Of a DNA stretch of 64,000 nucleotides, positions 11,651 to 24,345 are shown in pieces. The translations under genes were made by a program, and so were the position numbers. The notes below the pieces were generated by a model. That model saw nothing but the letters and a program-made list of their open reading frames with translations. It made no database searches and was not told the DNA's origin. Each line of letters starts with the position of its first letter. Position 1 is the stretch's first letter. Source of the stretch: Isurus oxyrinchus (lineage: Eukaryota); contig JANJGN010000016.1 in assembly GCA_026770705.1 (NCBI GenBank), positions 44,950,001 through 45,014,000 of the forward strand. Direction: 5' to 3'.

Positions 11651-12655
11651 ATCTCCTTCAGCATTATGCAGCTGTCTCCAGGATGTAGCTGCCTTCTTGC
11701 CAAGCCTGACTTAAATAGCAAGTAAGAGGCGGGGCCAGGCTGACCTGGCAGGTGGAAGAGAGATACAGTCCCCAGGCGGTTCCTGCAAGTTTCAGTTGCC
11801 ATAAGGCAGAAGGCCCTTGAGACTCTTGGTGATGCAGAGAGCTGACCACCTCTCACAACATTGGCTTCAGGTTACAGTTGGAAGAAGCACTAGATATGTC
11901 ATAGAAAAATGCACCTAGGCATCCAAAGGAAGCATAGTGATTGACTTATAGGGGAGATGTCCTCAAGAATAATAATCAAACTGATGTTGCTGTATTCGTT
12001 GGCTCTATTGTTCAATGAGCTCATTAGTTTCCTGAGACCTGGTTTGGGTCTAGAGGTAGGATATTTTGTGAGGCTGAAAGACAAATATTTTCACATGAAA
12101 GAAATAGAGCAGCTTAAGGAGATGCTGTGACAGATCTGTAGTCAGTGGAGTGATGTTATCAAAATGAAAATATATGATTAATAATCAACCTATATTTTCT
12201 CTGGCAGCTGGGACAGTAACCTCCTCTGAATTAAGAACATCCACATGTTGGCTTCCAAGTGTCCTCACCACCACATAAGCTGGACTTTCCTTCTCTATTG
12301 ATTCCAGTACCAATCCTTTAGAATTTCAAATTTATGTATGGCACAGCAAGCAACCACAATAGGAGTCTCATATCTGCTAGGTATTTCCCTGGAATATCAT
12401 TAATGTTTTACTGCTACCGATTCCATTGAGATGCTACAAAACCTCCAATTCAAAAATATTTTATTATGTCCCCCCACAGTGAGCTATTGTTAATAATTTG
12501 TAGATTGCCATATTGTATACAACACAACACAAAATTTAAAACCAAAAGCTAATTGTACACACCTGTTTTGATATGTCTACAATGAACATTTTCCTCTTTC
12601 CTACAGTAAAATGTGCATCTGCACTTATCTGCATCAACATGTTTTTATTTTTTAG

Positions 12656-12709
12656 GCCGAATACACCTGGATTGTTGAGTTAAATAGTGCAATACAAACT
12701 ACCAAGTAG
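12656..12709 (+). other. Candidate exon AEYTWIVELNSAIQTTK* (PH-domain C-terminal-helix-like)
   Basis: Strong acceptor gtttttattttttAG; W-I-x-x-L-x-x-A-I pattern followed by a stop. Confidence 0.3.
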
Positions 12710-13039
12710 AATCTTCCAGACCACCTTAGAATATGACTGCGGAACCTGGATTAAACTAACATGAAAGTACGTTAAAGCTACATAATTTACACCTAGTGCC
12801 AAATCCAAAATGCAAGTTTTTCATTGACTTTTTCAAACGTGTTTGTATGTTATAGGGGAATGATGTATTGGTTCAGTTTGTGCTCTGCTGATGTGTCGGT
12901 GTCTTGCCTGCCTAAGGGGTGTATATAGTACCTGGCAACATATAGCTAGATGTCTTCTGAATGGCAGTGACTGGAAGAGGGTAATAGGTGCTTATATTAA
13001 TGTTCTTGCCATTATATGATCTTAATTTTAATTTGTCCA

Positions 13040-13935
13040 AGGGATGCAGATGTCACTGCCAGTACCGTTAGGGATGGAGTTTCAAAATTTTGACCCGGCG
13101 ACATTGAAGGCTATATTTTCATCATGGTAGTCTGTGACTGGAGGGGGATCTGCAGGTGGTGATGTTTCCTTGTCCTTCTAGGTGGTAAAGGTTACAGCTT
13201 CAGCAGATGCAGTCAAAAGAGCCTTCATGTATTGCTGCATTACATCTTGTAGATCACTGTGCACTGGTGGAGGAGGGAATGAATGTTTAAGGTGGTGCTG
13301 ATCAAATGGCTGCTTTTTCCTGGTTGGTGCGGGGCTTTTTTAATGTTGTTGGAACTGCGCTCATCCAGGCAAGTGGGAAATATTCCCTCACACTCTTGAC
13401 TTCTGACTTGTAGATGGTGGACAGACTTTGGGAAGTCAGGAGGTGAGTCACTCAGGGCAGAATTCCTAGCCTCTGACCTGTCCTTGTATCTTCAATACTT
13501 ATGTGGCTGGTCTGTTAAATTTTGGGTCAATGATGATCCCCAGAATGTTGATGGTGCGGGATTCAGTGATGGTAATGCTATTGAATGTCAAGGGGAGATA
13601 GTATTCTCTCTTGTTGGAAATGTTCATCACCTGGCACTTGTGTGGCATGAGTGTGACTTGCCACTTATCAGCCCAAGCCTGAATGTTGTCCAGGTCTTGC
13701 TGCATGTGGGCACAGATTGAATCAGTATCCGAGGATTTGCAATGGAACTGAAAACTGACTGCAATGATCAGAAAATATCAGCAATATGATGGAAGGAAGG
13801 TCATTGATGAAAAAGTGAAAAAAGGTTAGGCCTAGGACATTACCCTGAAGAAGTCTTGCAGCAAAGCCCTGGAGCTGAGATTTATGGCCACCAACAACTA
13901 CACCCATCTTCCTTTGTTCTTAAGTATTACTTCTG
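13040..13935 (-). mobile_element. CR1-group LINE family B, RT to 3' end, decayed
   Basis: QGNVLGLT..FINDLPSI; MQQDLDNIQAWADKWQVT..PHKCQVM. Confidence 0.9.
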
Positions 13936-15339
13936 CCAGTATATATTAAAGTCCTTGGTATCATATGGCTGACTTTAGTGGTGGTCTACTAATGGACTTC
14001 CTCCACTGATATGGAAAATTTGATTTTGAGGCCTTAGAGTATCGATTCCAAACGCAGCAAAGGTGCACTTCTGTGATAATCTAAACAAATAAGAGCAGCA
14101 CACCTTCCCTTCCTTATTGAACACTATGGTGATAGTTCAATACTGGCAGTCTCTAGCCACGTATCTTATCATTATCTCTGTAGGACTACTCCTCCACATT
14201 ATTTAAGAATGGAGCTTACTGTATCACTCAAAATCTTGCAATGTACTAAAAAATAATAACTGCAATGGGAATGGAAAAATATATATATTTAGATCCTAAA
14301 GGCTTAATGCCCATATTGTTAAAAGGAACTCTGTTTAACGTTGTCAGTTAATTATATTTTTAAATGCAGTGTAATGTGGCAGGGGAAATTAGAGAATTAG
14401 GAACCCTCCCTGTCCTGTGAGTTCAGAATTGTTATTAACTTGCCCTGTATTCATCAAATTCTTACTAGTAAGAGTAACTTTGTGTTCTAGATTCTATTCC
14501 CCAGAAGGTGGATACCCTGATTTATGCTACACCTCTTGGCTCTTTCAAATTTAAACCTGACAGTAAGCCAAAAGGTCAAAAAAGCACAAAATAGGTCGCA
14601 GACACCACTGATTAATTCCTCTTCAGAGAAAAGAGTGTTTCAAGTTTAGCCACAGACCTAGATGTCCTTTTACTACTGGCAGCCACCTAGGCCTCAATAA
14701 CACTCATAAAATTATGAAATGTATCCAAAAAACACTCAATAACCACAATATATACTCTATCATTAATGTTAAGAATTAAAAATTACAATGCACTAACATA
14801 AATAACATCATATTTAAAGTACAACTTTTCTCAGAAGTAGATTATATTTCACATCAAAAAATAATAGCTACCAATGAAGGTATCAAAATATAATTATGAA
14901 AGTAATGTGTCACCGTTAAATTAAAGGAGATTATGTAATGGATTATCAGCTAACAGGCTAGAAGAAATACTTGCTGTTGCAATGTGCATGAGGATAAACA
15001 TGGCATTTAGATTCATAAACCTCAAATTTCAAAATCTTAATCCAAAGTTTATTAGTATGCAAATACATATTACTGCCATTAGACCAGGAAATGCAAATGT
15101 ACATCAGTCTGAAATTAGATGGCCTCCCTCTCCCTTTCCCCCAGCCTTGGAGACTCAACTGGAGGACAGCCTTTAGTCTGCCAGCCAATGAGTACATACA
15201 ATCCCAGTCAGTTGAAAAGACCTTTTACTAGCATAAAGCAACTAGCAGATTACAATTAAAGTGTGTACCTCTTTCTGCTACATTAGTATACCAACGAAGT
15301 GGTTTGTACTTTGAAGCTAATGTTACTCTTAGTTCCACT

Positions 15340-15483
15340 TTAGCTGATTTGATTGTAAGAGAATCTCCATCAATGGATTCTTTGCTCCTGCACATTACTT
15401 CTGGAATCTTCCAAGGACCTATCCTATGCCCTCTCCACTTCCACACTTAGATGCTGCCCCTTGGCAACCTCATCTGAAGACAC
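15340..15483 (+). mobile_element. L2 RT fragment
   Basis: SGIFQGPILCPL..MLPLGNLI, close to GVPQGSILGPLLF..MLPLGxII. Confidence 0.6.
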
Positions 15484-15629
15484 GAGCCAGGAAATCCGGA
15501 AGTGGGATGCTAACTGTACAGTTCAGGTAAAGAGCCATGGAAAAGTCCACTGCAGGCCTCAATGAGTTCCTGATCCACTACAGGTCCCATTGTTTCGGCA
15601 GGAAATATCAGTTTAAGATTCTGCAATGT

Positions 15630-15943
15630 CTCCACTTGTGAGAAGAGCAAAACTAGAGGCCATTCACTGTAAGATATTCATTAAGAAATCCAATAGGAAA
15701 TTCAGAAGAATCTTCTTTACCCAGAGAGGGTTAAGAATGTGGGATTCACTACCACAGTGAGTGGTTGAGACAAATAATATGGATGCATTTAAGGGATGGC
15801 TAAATAAACATTTGAGAGAGAAAGGAATAGAGGTCCATGCTCATCGAGTTAGATGAAGAAAGATGGGAGGAGGCTGAAGAGCAGCACAAATGCCAGTATG
15901 AACTGGTTGAGTTGAATGGCCTGTCTCTTTGCTGTAATTCTAT
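15630..15943 (+). mobile_element. CR1 3' end
   Basis: ttctttacccagagagggttaagaatgtgggattcactacc and CR1 3'UTR ending gctgtaattctat. Confidence 0.8.
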
Positions 15944-16608
15944 GGGCAGGATTTTAAGTCCATTGGGCGGGTGTGCACCCGACCTGGTTGGGTATAAAAT
16001 CTGGCGTGATGATGTTGGGTGAGCGTCCCGGTGTCATCGCGCACTCTCGCGACCATTCAGTTGGCGGGTGCACGTGACAGTTGACAGCATGCCTGCTGAC
16101 AATTAAGAGGCCTATTAAGGCCCTTAAACTACTAGTTAAGTTGTATTCTTTGCTGCCCGCTCAACTGTTTGGTTGGCGGTCGGGTGGGCGAATAGGCCAG
16201 GCGGCCTTTGCATTTTTTACAAAACCTCATCCACGGGCAGGATGAGGTTTCCAATGGTAAGTAAAAAACTCAAAAAAAAAGTCACATGTCACGTGGGGAC
16301 ATGTTTATATCATTTATTAAAGTTTTATTTTCTTTTGTCCAAATCTTCAGCTCCCTGAGGCAGCTCTGTGCCCTCAGGGAGCTGTCAGCACGTGCTCCCC
16401 CATGCATACGCAGACTTCTGCACTTGCCCTCCTCCCTCCCCCACCCCAGTAGCGCTGAGGTTCTCAGCATGCCTTGCACGCTGGCTGGCTGTTAATTGAC
16501 CAGCCAGCATAAAATCGTGGTTGGTGCTCGTTTGCGGGCGGTGATCCGTTTCGCGGCTGCTCCCAGGCCCGCCCGTTGCATCCACCCGATGAAGTAAAGA
16601 TCCTGGCC
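15944..16608. mobile_element. Harbinger-type MITE (hairpin subfamily)
   Basis: TIRs gggcaggatttt / aagatcctggcc; TSD TAT/TAT; internal hairpins aaacctcatcc-N7-ggatgaggttt and ctccctgagg..cctcagggag. Confidence 0.85.
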
Positions 16609-17921
16609 TATGTGTATAGAAGTGAAACTGCAGAATATACATCAGAACACATTTAGACAATTACACACGTCAGTTTTAGGTGCACAATTAGGTATAGATT
16701 ACTGGAAAACTGACAATACAGCTTTCATATTAAAACAACCAATAAAGAGTCTAGCTTTGTGCTTCAATTGACGTAAAAAAAATGTGTCACAAGAGCACAA
16801 ATCCATTACTGAGAAAACACAGTCGATTTAGTCTTATTTTGTGGTCACTCGATGATTGCACCGCAGCAGTTTAACTCTCCATGGATACAGAGTGCAGGGA
16901 ATTAAATCCACACTCAATCATTTGTTCAGCCAAGGACTATTGCATTAATAAATGTGACAATTTCTCTAATGTCATTGCAACCACTCAAGCAACGTTGGGA
17001 CTTGGAATTATATTGACCCTTCAGGTCAAATGTGTTTAAGAAATGAGTTGGTGAGCCTCACCAGCATCAATTTATTCACAAATAAACAACTAACCATTTC
17101 AGAGCAGCTACTTCATAGCTTAGAAAGATATTTAGTTCTACCACATTACAGATACACTAGCTATTTCCAGTTCATTCAGGCAGAATTTATACCCCAGCAC
17201 AACATGCAGCCAGCTTTGTGGTTTGCCACTGCAGCAAATGGAGTATTTGTTCTAAGTGCAGCAAGGATCATCTTTGCCTTGCCTACCATGTGGAAGCAAT
17301 TACATGGATTTTCTTTTATTCTGCATTGGAGGAAAATGGATGTAACTTTAAAAAATAAACAGCGTATAGGTACATATTATATATGATATATTTAAAGTTC
17401 AAGAGTTATACCTTGCTGAAACTCTCTATATCTCAAGATATAGGCATGTACGGTTCACAGTGGTAGGATGGGGACCTTAAACTGATGTCATATTTGTCAT
17501 CTTTTAGAGGGCTGCCATGGACTCGATGGACTGAATGGATTCCTTTCGCGCTGCAAATGTTCAATGATTCTATGGAGTAATCCTATAAGATTATAAGAAG
17601 GAATTGGAATAAGATTGGTGCAGGAAGAAAGCAGAGCCTTGAGGATGCAAGGTTCAGTCAGGCAATGGTCACTGAAGTGATTAATATACAGCAGCTCAAT
17701 GCCTCCAATCTTTGTGGCTGCTCTGGCCTAAGACTTTTGCTGCCCACTTCACACAAAAGCCTTCTGGACACTCAAAAAGTTCGACGACAGTTTAAATAAA
17801 ATTAAAAATATTAAACCAAAGTTAGCTCAACAAGAATCCTCATTCTTCAAACACCAACTGGAACATCATGCCAGCCTACTTTAAACCTGATTTTTGCTAA
17901 TTGCCGAACAGAGGTGCTTAC

Positions 17922-18001
17922 TTTGAGCTACAATCAAACTGGACGACAAAAATGTTAATTATACATAAACGCTCTGTAATTACTGCACACCAGGCTCTGT
18001 G
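17922..18001 (-). other. Candidate exon (HRAWCAVITERLC...)
   Basis: Acceptor ttggttttcAG, donor GTAAGC; 80 nt, open in phase 0; product not recognised. Confidence 0.25.
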
Positions 18002-18596
18002 CTGAAAACCAAATGCTTCTTGCTGATTGACAAGGCTTCAAAGGGCACAATAATCCTTCCAGAATTATTATTTTGGAATAATTATTTGTTTTTGTTGGAA
18101 ATGGTATGCACCTTTGAGAGGAAAAATACATCATAATGGATTACTATATTTCAAAAGTAATATTGTTTTAGGCAGCCAAAACAGGTTGTGCATCAGAAGT
18201 ACAAAAAAATGTAAATAACCACATCTTTCATTTTCAGTGGAACATCCTGTGGTATAGAGACCAACCAATGGTTATTGAAAGCTTTCAGTGTGTTCAAACA
18301 TGTCATTGTTTGAAGCATTAATCCAGAAAATGAAATGCAAAATAACAGGAAGGCTCAACATGTTGACACTTTTTTGTTCCTAACATTGATATGAGTATTA
18401 TTTTTAAGAAAAGACACTTAGCTGCAAACCAATCAATGCTTAAAATTCTACCATTTTACTATGCTATTCTCCATGTGAGCAATATAATCTTGTGGAGGTA
18501 TAATTTTGCAAAAAGACTATTACTTAGAATACCTCATCGCAGGAGATCCCGAAGGCTAAGAATAACATTTGGCTAACTCAAATAAATTATATCTTC

Positions 18597-18947
18597 AAAA
18601 AGTGCTGGAGAAATTCAGCAGGCCTGGCAGCATCTGTGGGGAGAGAAACAGAGTTAATGTTTCGAGTCGAATATTCTTCTGTGGAACAGATGTTGAGTTC
18701 TGAAGAACAGCCATATTCGATTTGAAATGTAACTCCGGCTCTCTCCACAGGTGCTGCCAGACCTGTTGAGTTTCTCCAGCACTTTACGGGCAGAATTTTA
18801 TGGCTCCGTTTCAGTGGGGATGGGACTGTAAAATGCGGCGAGACATTCTAAACCTCATTGGCTTCAGCGGGAATGTAAAACCCCGCTGTCGTAAAATTCT
18901 GCCCATTGTTTTTATTTCCACTTTCCAGCATGTGCAGAGTTTTGTTT
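18597..18947. mobile_element. Penelope-derived palindromic element with hammerhead-like motifs on both strands, interrupted by a mini-MITE
   Basis: Inverted arms 18600-18655 / 18731-18786; central motifs at 18652-18687 (-) and 18696-18734 (+). Confidence 0.8.
18788..18904. mobile_element. 117-bp Harbinger-type mini-MITE
   Basis: Perfect TIRs gggcagaatttta / taaaattctgccc; splits the host element's cagcacttt|tgtttttattt. Confidence 0.85.
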
Positions 18948-19884
18948 CTAAATTACACCTTCCTTTGTGTGATTGACATTACAAGAATTTGCAAAGCACC
19001 AAACTAACTACATTCAATTGATTAAAAGAATAATAAAAAGAATAAAAAGAAAATGGTATGATCATTAGAAAGGAATCTGTGATGTCCAGATATTAGGGAA
19101 AGTAAGTAAAACTTTCAGAAATTTTGTAAAGACTGATAGGTCCCACAATCAGTGGCCAGAAAAGATCAGTTATATTGCCAAAATTTTCACAGGGTCGATA
19201 CAGTAAAGCAGAACCCTGGCCTCAAATTAATTCATCAACTGTGAATGTCTGAAACAAATGAAGGCAGGAAACCATAGAGTACCTCCCGCTAATGAGTTAT
19301 TTCAATACATTGGCTGAATGAGAGAAAGGTAATTAGCTACCTCATCACTTCCCTTTAAAAGAGACTTTCAGTGAGATAATATGAGAAAGGTATTAATTCA
19401 TTATAAGTTGAGGTGCTCTGGATACAAATATCCTATGGTTTTCAGACTCAGAGTCTTGTTCCTCTGTTGTAAACAAACAGTTCCTTCTCTTACATAAATA
19501 AAAAGACAAATAAGCATTAAGTGCAGTGCTACTTTGACAGATGATCAGTACTAGCACATTGCACAGCTGAACAATGGAATTCAATTCCTCATGTGGCAAG
19601 TTCCCAATCTCATCTGTATAATGTGCAGAGGCAGCAAACTGATGGTAGTGGGATGGGAAATCATGCTGCTTTCATACACCTCCCAGCAACCAGCTCAAGG
19701 CCCTGACAGGAATCTGGGGCTTTTCTGTCTTCTGTATCGGTGAGGGACAAAAGAAAAACCAAAGGAAAAGTAAAAAAATTATAGCCAGAGGGAGGAAGTG
19801 GTATTTTATCTCAGTAATTCACAACAAATTAAATTCATAAACAGGACCATAGTACAAAAAAAAGCTGTGTTAAAATGTTAAAAA

Positions 19885-22800
19885 GAGAATCTAAAGGCAC
19901 TGTATCTGAATGCATGGAGCGTTCACAGTAAGGTAGACAAATTAACAGCGTGAATAGATGTAAACGGGTACGACATGATTGCGATTATAGAGACAAGGCT
20001 GCAGGATGACTAAGGCTGGGAACTGAAATCCAAGGGTATTCAAGATTTAGGAAGGACAGACAAAAAGGAAAAGGAGGTGGGGTGACATTGTTAAGGACAA
20101 ACTCAGTGCAATAGTGAGAGAGGATATTGGTTTAGAAAATCGAAATGTAGAATCAGTCTGGTGGAGCTAAGGAGCAACAAGCAGCGGAAAAACATTTGGT
20201 GGGAGTTGTCTATAGGCCTTCACGCAGTAGTGGTAAGGTAGGGGATGGCATTAAACAGGAAATTAGAGATGCAAGTAACAAGGGTGCTACAATAATCGTG
20301 GATAACTTTAATCATATTGACTGGGCAGACCAGGTAGAATAATACTGTGGTGGATGAAGCCCTGAAGTGGCAAATGAGATGGTTTTTTAGACCAGAATGT
20401 TGAGAAACCAATTAGGGAACAGGCAATCCTAGATTTGGTATTGTGCAATGAGAAGGGGTTAATTAAAAATCTTGTTGTGCAGGGTCCTTTAGGGAACAGT
20501 AACCATAACATGGGTTGGCTAAGATAGATTGGAGAACTTCATTAAAAGGTGGATAGGCAATGGCTAATATTTAAGGAATGAATATATGCATTGCAACAGT
20601 TATACGTTCCTTTCTGTTGCAAAAACGCAAAAGGAGAAGCAGCCCAACCATGGCTAACAAAAGAAATTAAGGATATTATTAGATCCAAAGAGGAGTCAAA
20701 TAAATTTGCTAGAAAAAGTAGCAAGCCTGGGGATTGGGAGCAGTTTAGAATTCAGCAAAGGAGGACCAAGAGATTGATTAAGAGGGGAAAAATAGAGTAT
20801 GAGAGTAAACTTGCAAGGAACATAAAAGTGGACTGTAAAAGCTTCTATAAGCATGTAAAAAGAAAAATATTAGTGAAGACTAAATGTAGGTCCCTTGCAG
20901 TCTGAAATAGGAGAATTCATAATAGAGAACAAGGAAATGACAGAGAAATTAAACAACTACTTTAGTTCTGTATTCATAGAGGAAGACACAAATAACTTCC
21001 CAGAAATGCTAGAGAAATTATTGGGACTGAAAGCCAATAAATCCCTAAGGCCTGATAATCTACATCCAACGTACTAAAAGAGGTGGCCATGGAAATAGTG
21101 GTTGTCAACTTCCAAAAGTTTGTAGATTCTGGAGCAGTTGCAGATTGGAGGGTGGCAAATGTAACTTCACAATTTTAAAAAGGAGGCAGGGGGAAAACAG
21201 GCAATTATAGACCAGTTAGCTAACATCAGTGGTAGGGAAAATGCTAGAGTCTCTTATAAAGGATGTGATAACAGGACACTCAGAAAATATCAATGGGAAT
21301 AGACAAAGTCAACATGGATTTATGAAAGGGAAATCATGTTTGACAAAGCTACTGGAGGTTTTTGAGGACATAACTTGCAGAATAGATAAGGGAGAGCCAG
21401 TGGATGTAGATTACCAGGCCTTGGAGATTTATTGGCTTTTAGTCCCATTAATTTCTCCAGCACTGTGTTCTTAATAATACTAATTTCCTTCAATTCCTCC
21501 TTCACACTAGACCCTTGATTCCCTAGCATTTCTGGGAAGTTATTTGTGAAGACAGAACTAAAGTAGTTGTTTAATTGCTCTGTCATTTCCTTGTTCTCTA
21601 TTATAAATTCTCCCATTTCAGATTGTAAGGGACCTACATTTGTCTTCACTAATCTTTTTCTTTTTACATGTTTATAGAAGCTTTTACAGTCCACTTTTAT
21701 TTTCCTTGCAAGTGGGTGTGGTGTATTTGGATTTGCGAAAAGCTTTTGATAAAGTCCCACATAAGAGATTAGTGTGCAAAATTAAAGCACACGGGATTGG
21801 GGGTAATATATTGACACTCATTGAGAATTGGTTAGCAGACAGGAAACAGAGAGTAGGAATAAATGGGTCTCTTTTGGAATGGCAGGCAATGATTAGTGTG
21901 GTATCGCTTGGGCCCCAGCTATTCACAATATATATCAATAATTTGGATAAGGGAACCAAATGTAATATTTCCAAGTTTACTGACGACACAAAACTTCATG
22001 GGAGTGTGATTGGTGAGGAAGATGTTAAGAGGCTTCAAACTGATTTAGACAAGTTGAGTAATTTGGGAAATGCATGGCAGATGCAGTATGACGTGGATGA
22101 GTACAAAGTTATCCACTTTGGTAGGAGAAACAGAATGGCAGAGTGTTATTTAAATGTTGATAGATTGGGAGATGTTGATGCACAAAGGGACCTGGGTGTC
22201 CTTGTACACCAATCACTGAAAGAAAGCATGCAGGTGCAGCAAGCAGTTAAGAAGGCAAATGGTATGTTGGCCTTCATTGCAAGAGGACTGAGTACAGGAG
22301 CAAGGATGTCTCACTGCAGTTGTACAGGGCCTTGGTGAGACCGCACCTGGAGTACTGTGTGCAGTTTGGTCTCCTTACCTAAGAAAGGATACACGTGCCA
22401 TAGATGGAGTGCAGCGAAGGTTCACCAGACTGATTCCTGGGACGGCAGGATTGTCGTATGAGGAGAGATTGGGCCGACTAGGCCTATATTCACTGGAGTT
22501 TAGAAGAATGAGAGGGGATCTCATTGAAATGTATAAAATCCATCAGGGCTGGTACAGACTGGGTGCAAGGATGATGTTTCTCTTGGCTAAGGGGTATAGT
22601 GCAAGGGACCACAATCTCAGGATATGAGGCAGGCCATTTAGGACTGAGATGAGGAGAAACTTATCCACTCAGAGGGTGGTGAACCTGTGGAATTCTCTAC
22701 CACAGAGAGCAGTGGAGGCCAAGCCACTGGATATACTTAAGAAGGAAATAGATTTCTAGACTCTAAAGGCATCAAGGGGTATGGGGAGAGAGTCGGAGCA

Positions 22801-22892
22801 TGGCGTTGAGATAAAGGATCAGCCTTGATCACACTGAATGGTGCTGCAGGCTTGAAGGCCTGAATGACCTACCCTATTTTCTATGTTTCTAT
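19885..22892 (+). mobile_element. CR1 LINE ORF2 (APE endonuclease + RT) with 3'UTR, decayed, with an internal inverted segment
   Basis: LKALYLNA; QPWLTKEIKD; QSQHGFMKGKSCLT; VYLDLRKAFDKVPH; SKFTDDTKL; tail ttctatgtttctat. Confidence 0.95.
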
Positions 22893-23701
22893 GGGTGGAA
22901 TCATCCCAGATTTGCACTATGTGCAGTAGCAGGTGGGAAAAAGAACGTTTTACCCATCGGCTGCAAAGGTGGCTTTTCACCATATCATCCCAATCCTGCC
23001 TCTTTAATCATGCTTTCCCAGGAAATATGCCAAGTCATTGGCGGGGCATCCTCTCATTTGCCCGCCTCGCTGTCACATCAGGCCTTCAGTAATCCAGGAA
23101 CCATACTTAAAGTGCACCCCTGCATAGAGCTAGCACTCTCTAAGGCATCAGAAGCTGCTGCAAAGTCATGGCTGCCAAAGGGAGGAACCATGCTGCCCCC
23201 AGATTTAGCAATGCCTTACTTCAGCACCCACTGGATCCTCCTTCTGTGACCTTCCACCTTCTGTGAGCTGCTTTGCGGAGGAGCCATATTCACAAGAATA
23301 CAGCCAGCATGCGATACACATTCCTCCAGGCTTCCATTGCTGTAGGGCCATGGCATCTTCTGCTCCTGAGATGTCTGTGATGTGAGCAAGGCCCTGCGGG
23401 GTAACTCTGCACATAAACGTTGTGAAGGTGTGTTCTGTACTGGAGTTTTCCCGCCGACCTGGGCAGAAAATTTGACGTAGAGGGATGATCCCGGTGAGCT
23501 GGGCTCATAATTAGATACAGATGTTTTAGAATTAAGTTCCTGACGTGCAGCGGTGGGAAATGCGCCCGCCATTGACAGGCAGTGCGGATGATTGTAAACT
23601 GATTTCACAACGGTGTGAAACCAATTTTTGGCCTTCCCACCACATTGTCTGCTCACGTCCGCTATGACATCTGATGCCAATGGACACCGAAAATTCTGCC
23701 C
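22893..23701. mobile_element. Harbinger deletion derivative / MITE
   Basis: TIRs gggtggaatc / aaattctgccc; TSD TAT/TAT; contains Myb start MAAKGRNHAAPRFSNA at 23168. Confidence 0.8.
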
Positions 23702-23964
23702 TATGCTTCTAAAGAATACACAACTGGTGAGGAGCTATTAATGCAATTCGATGCTCCGAATTTCTTCAGATCACAGAAAATTATGTCTGATAGACAAAGT
23801 ATATTGCTCAGACAAGGTTAAAAAGTTTGTCAAGACAGAATCTCATTTGCATAACGACCAAAATTTGCTGAAGCATACTTCTTTCTTGCTTCTGAATTAA
23901 GTCAATGTAAAATGATTTGCCACAGTCAAACAGTTCAATAAAGCTCTGTAGAAGTGGCTGTTAA

Positions 23965-24345
23965 AATTCGTTCCCTAGCGAATGATTCCATCTCTCTCTC
24001 TGGCAACTGTCTGAGGCTAAACCAGATCGTTATTGGTATCATATTTGACCCCAAGATGAGTTTCAAATCATACATCCATTCCTTCACAAAGATCACCTAC
24101 TTCCACTTCAATAACCCATCCCCACCCCTGCCTCTGCCACTGAGGCACTCACCTATGCCTTTGTTACCTCTAGACCTGACTATTCCAATGTGCTTCTGGC
24201 TGGCTTCACATCATCCACAATCCACAAAAATGGAACTCATCTAAATCCCTGCTGCCTATGTGTTCTAACTCATCTGAGGTCCCATTCACCAATCACTGCT
24301 GTCCTCGCTAACTTACATTGCTGCAATTTTAAAATTCTCATCAGT
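23965..24345 (+). mobile_element. L2 LINE fragment (upstream piece of a split element)
   Basis: SISLSGNCLRLNQ..GIIFDPKMSF; RSHSPITAVLANLH..FKIL; continues at ~29872. Confidence 0.8.

Noticed and set aside
18533-18555. 23-nt minus-strand AG...GT microexon-like segment
   Set aside because: Weak donor, and not frame-compatible with the neighbouring candidate exon
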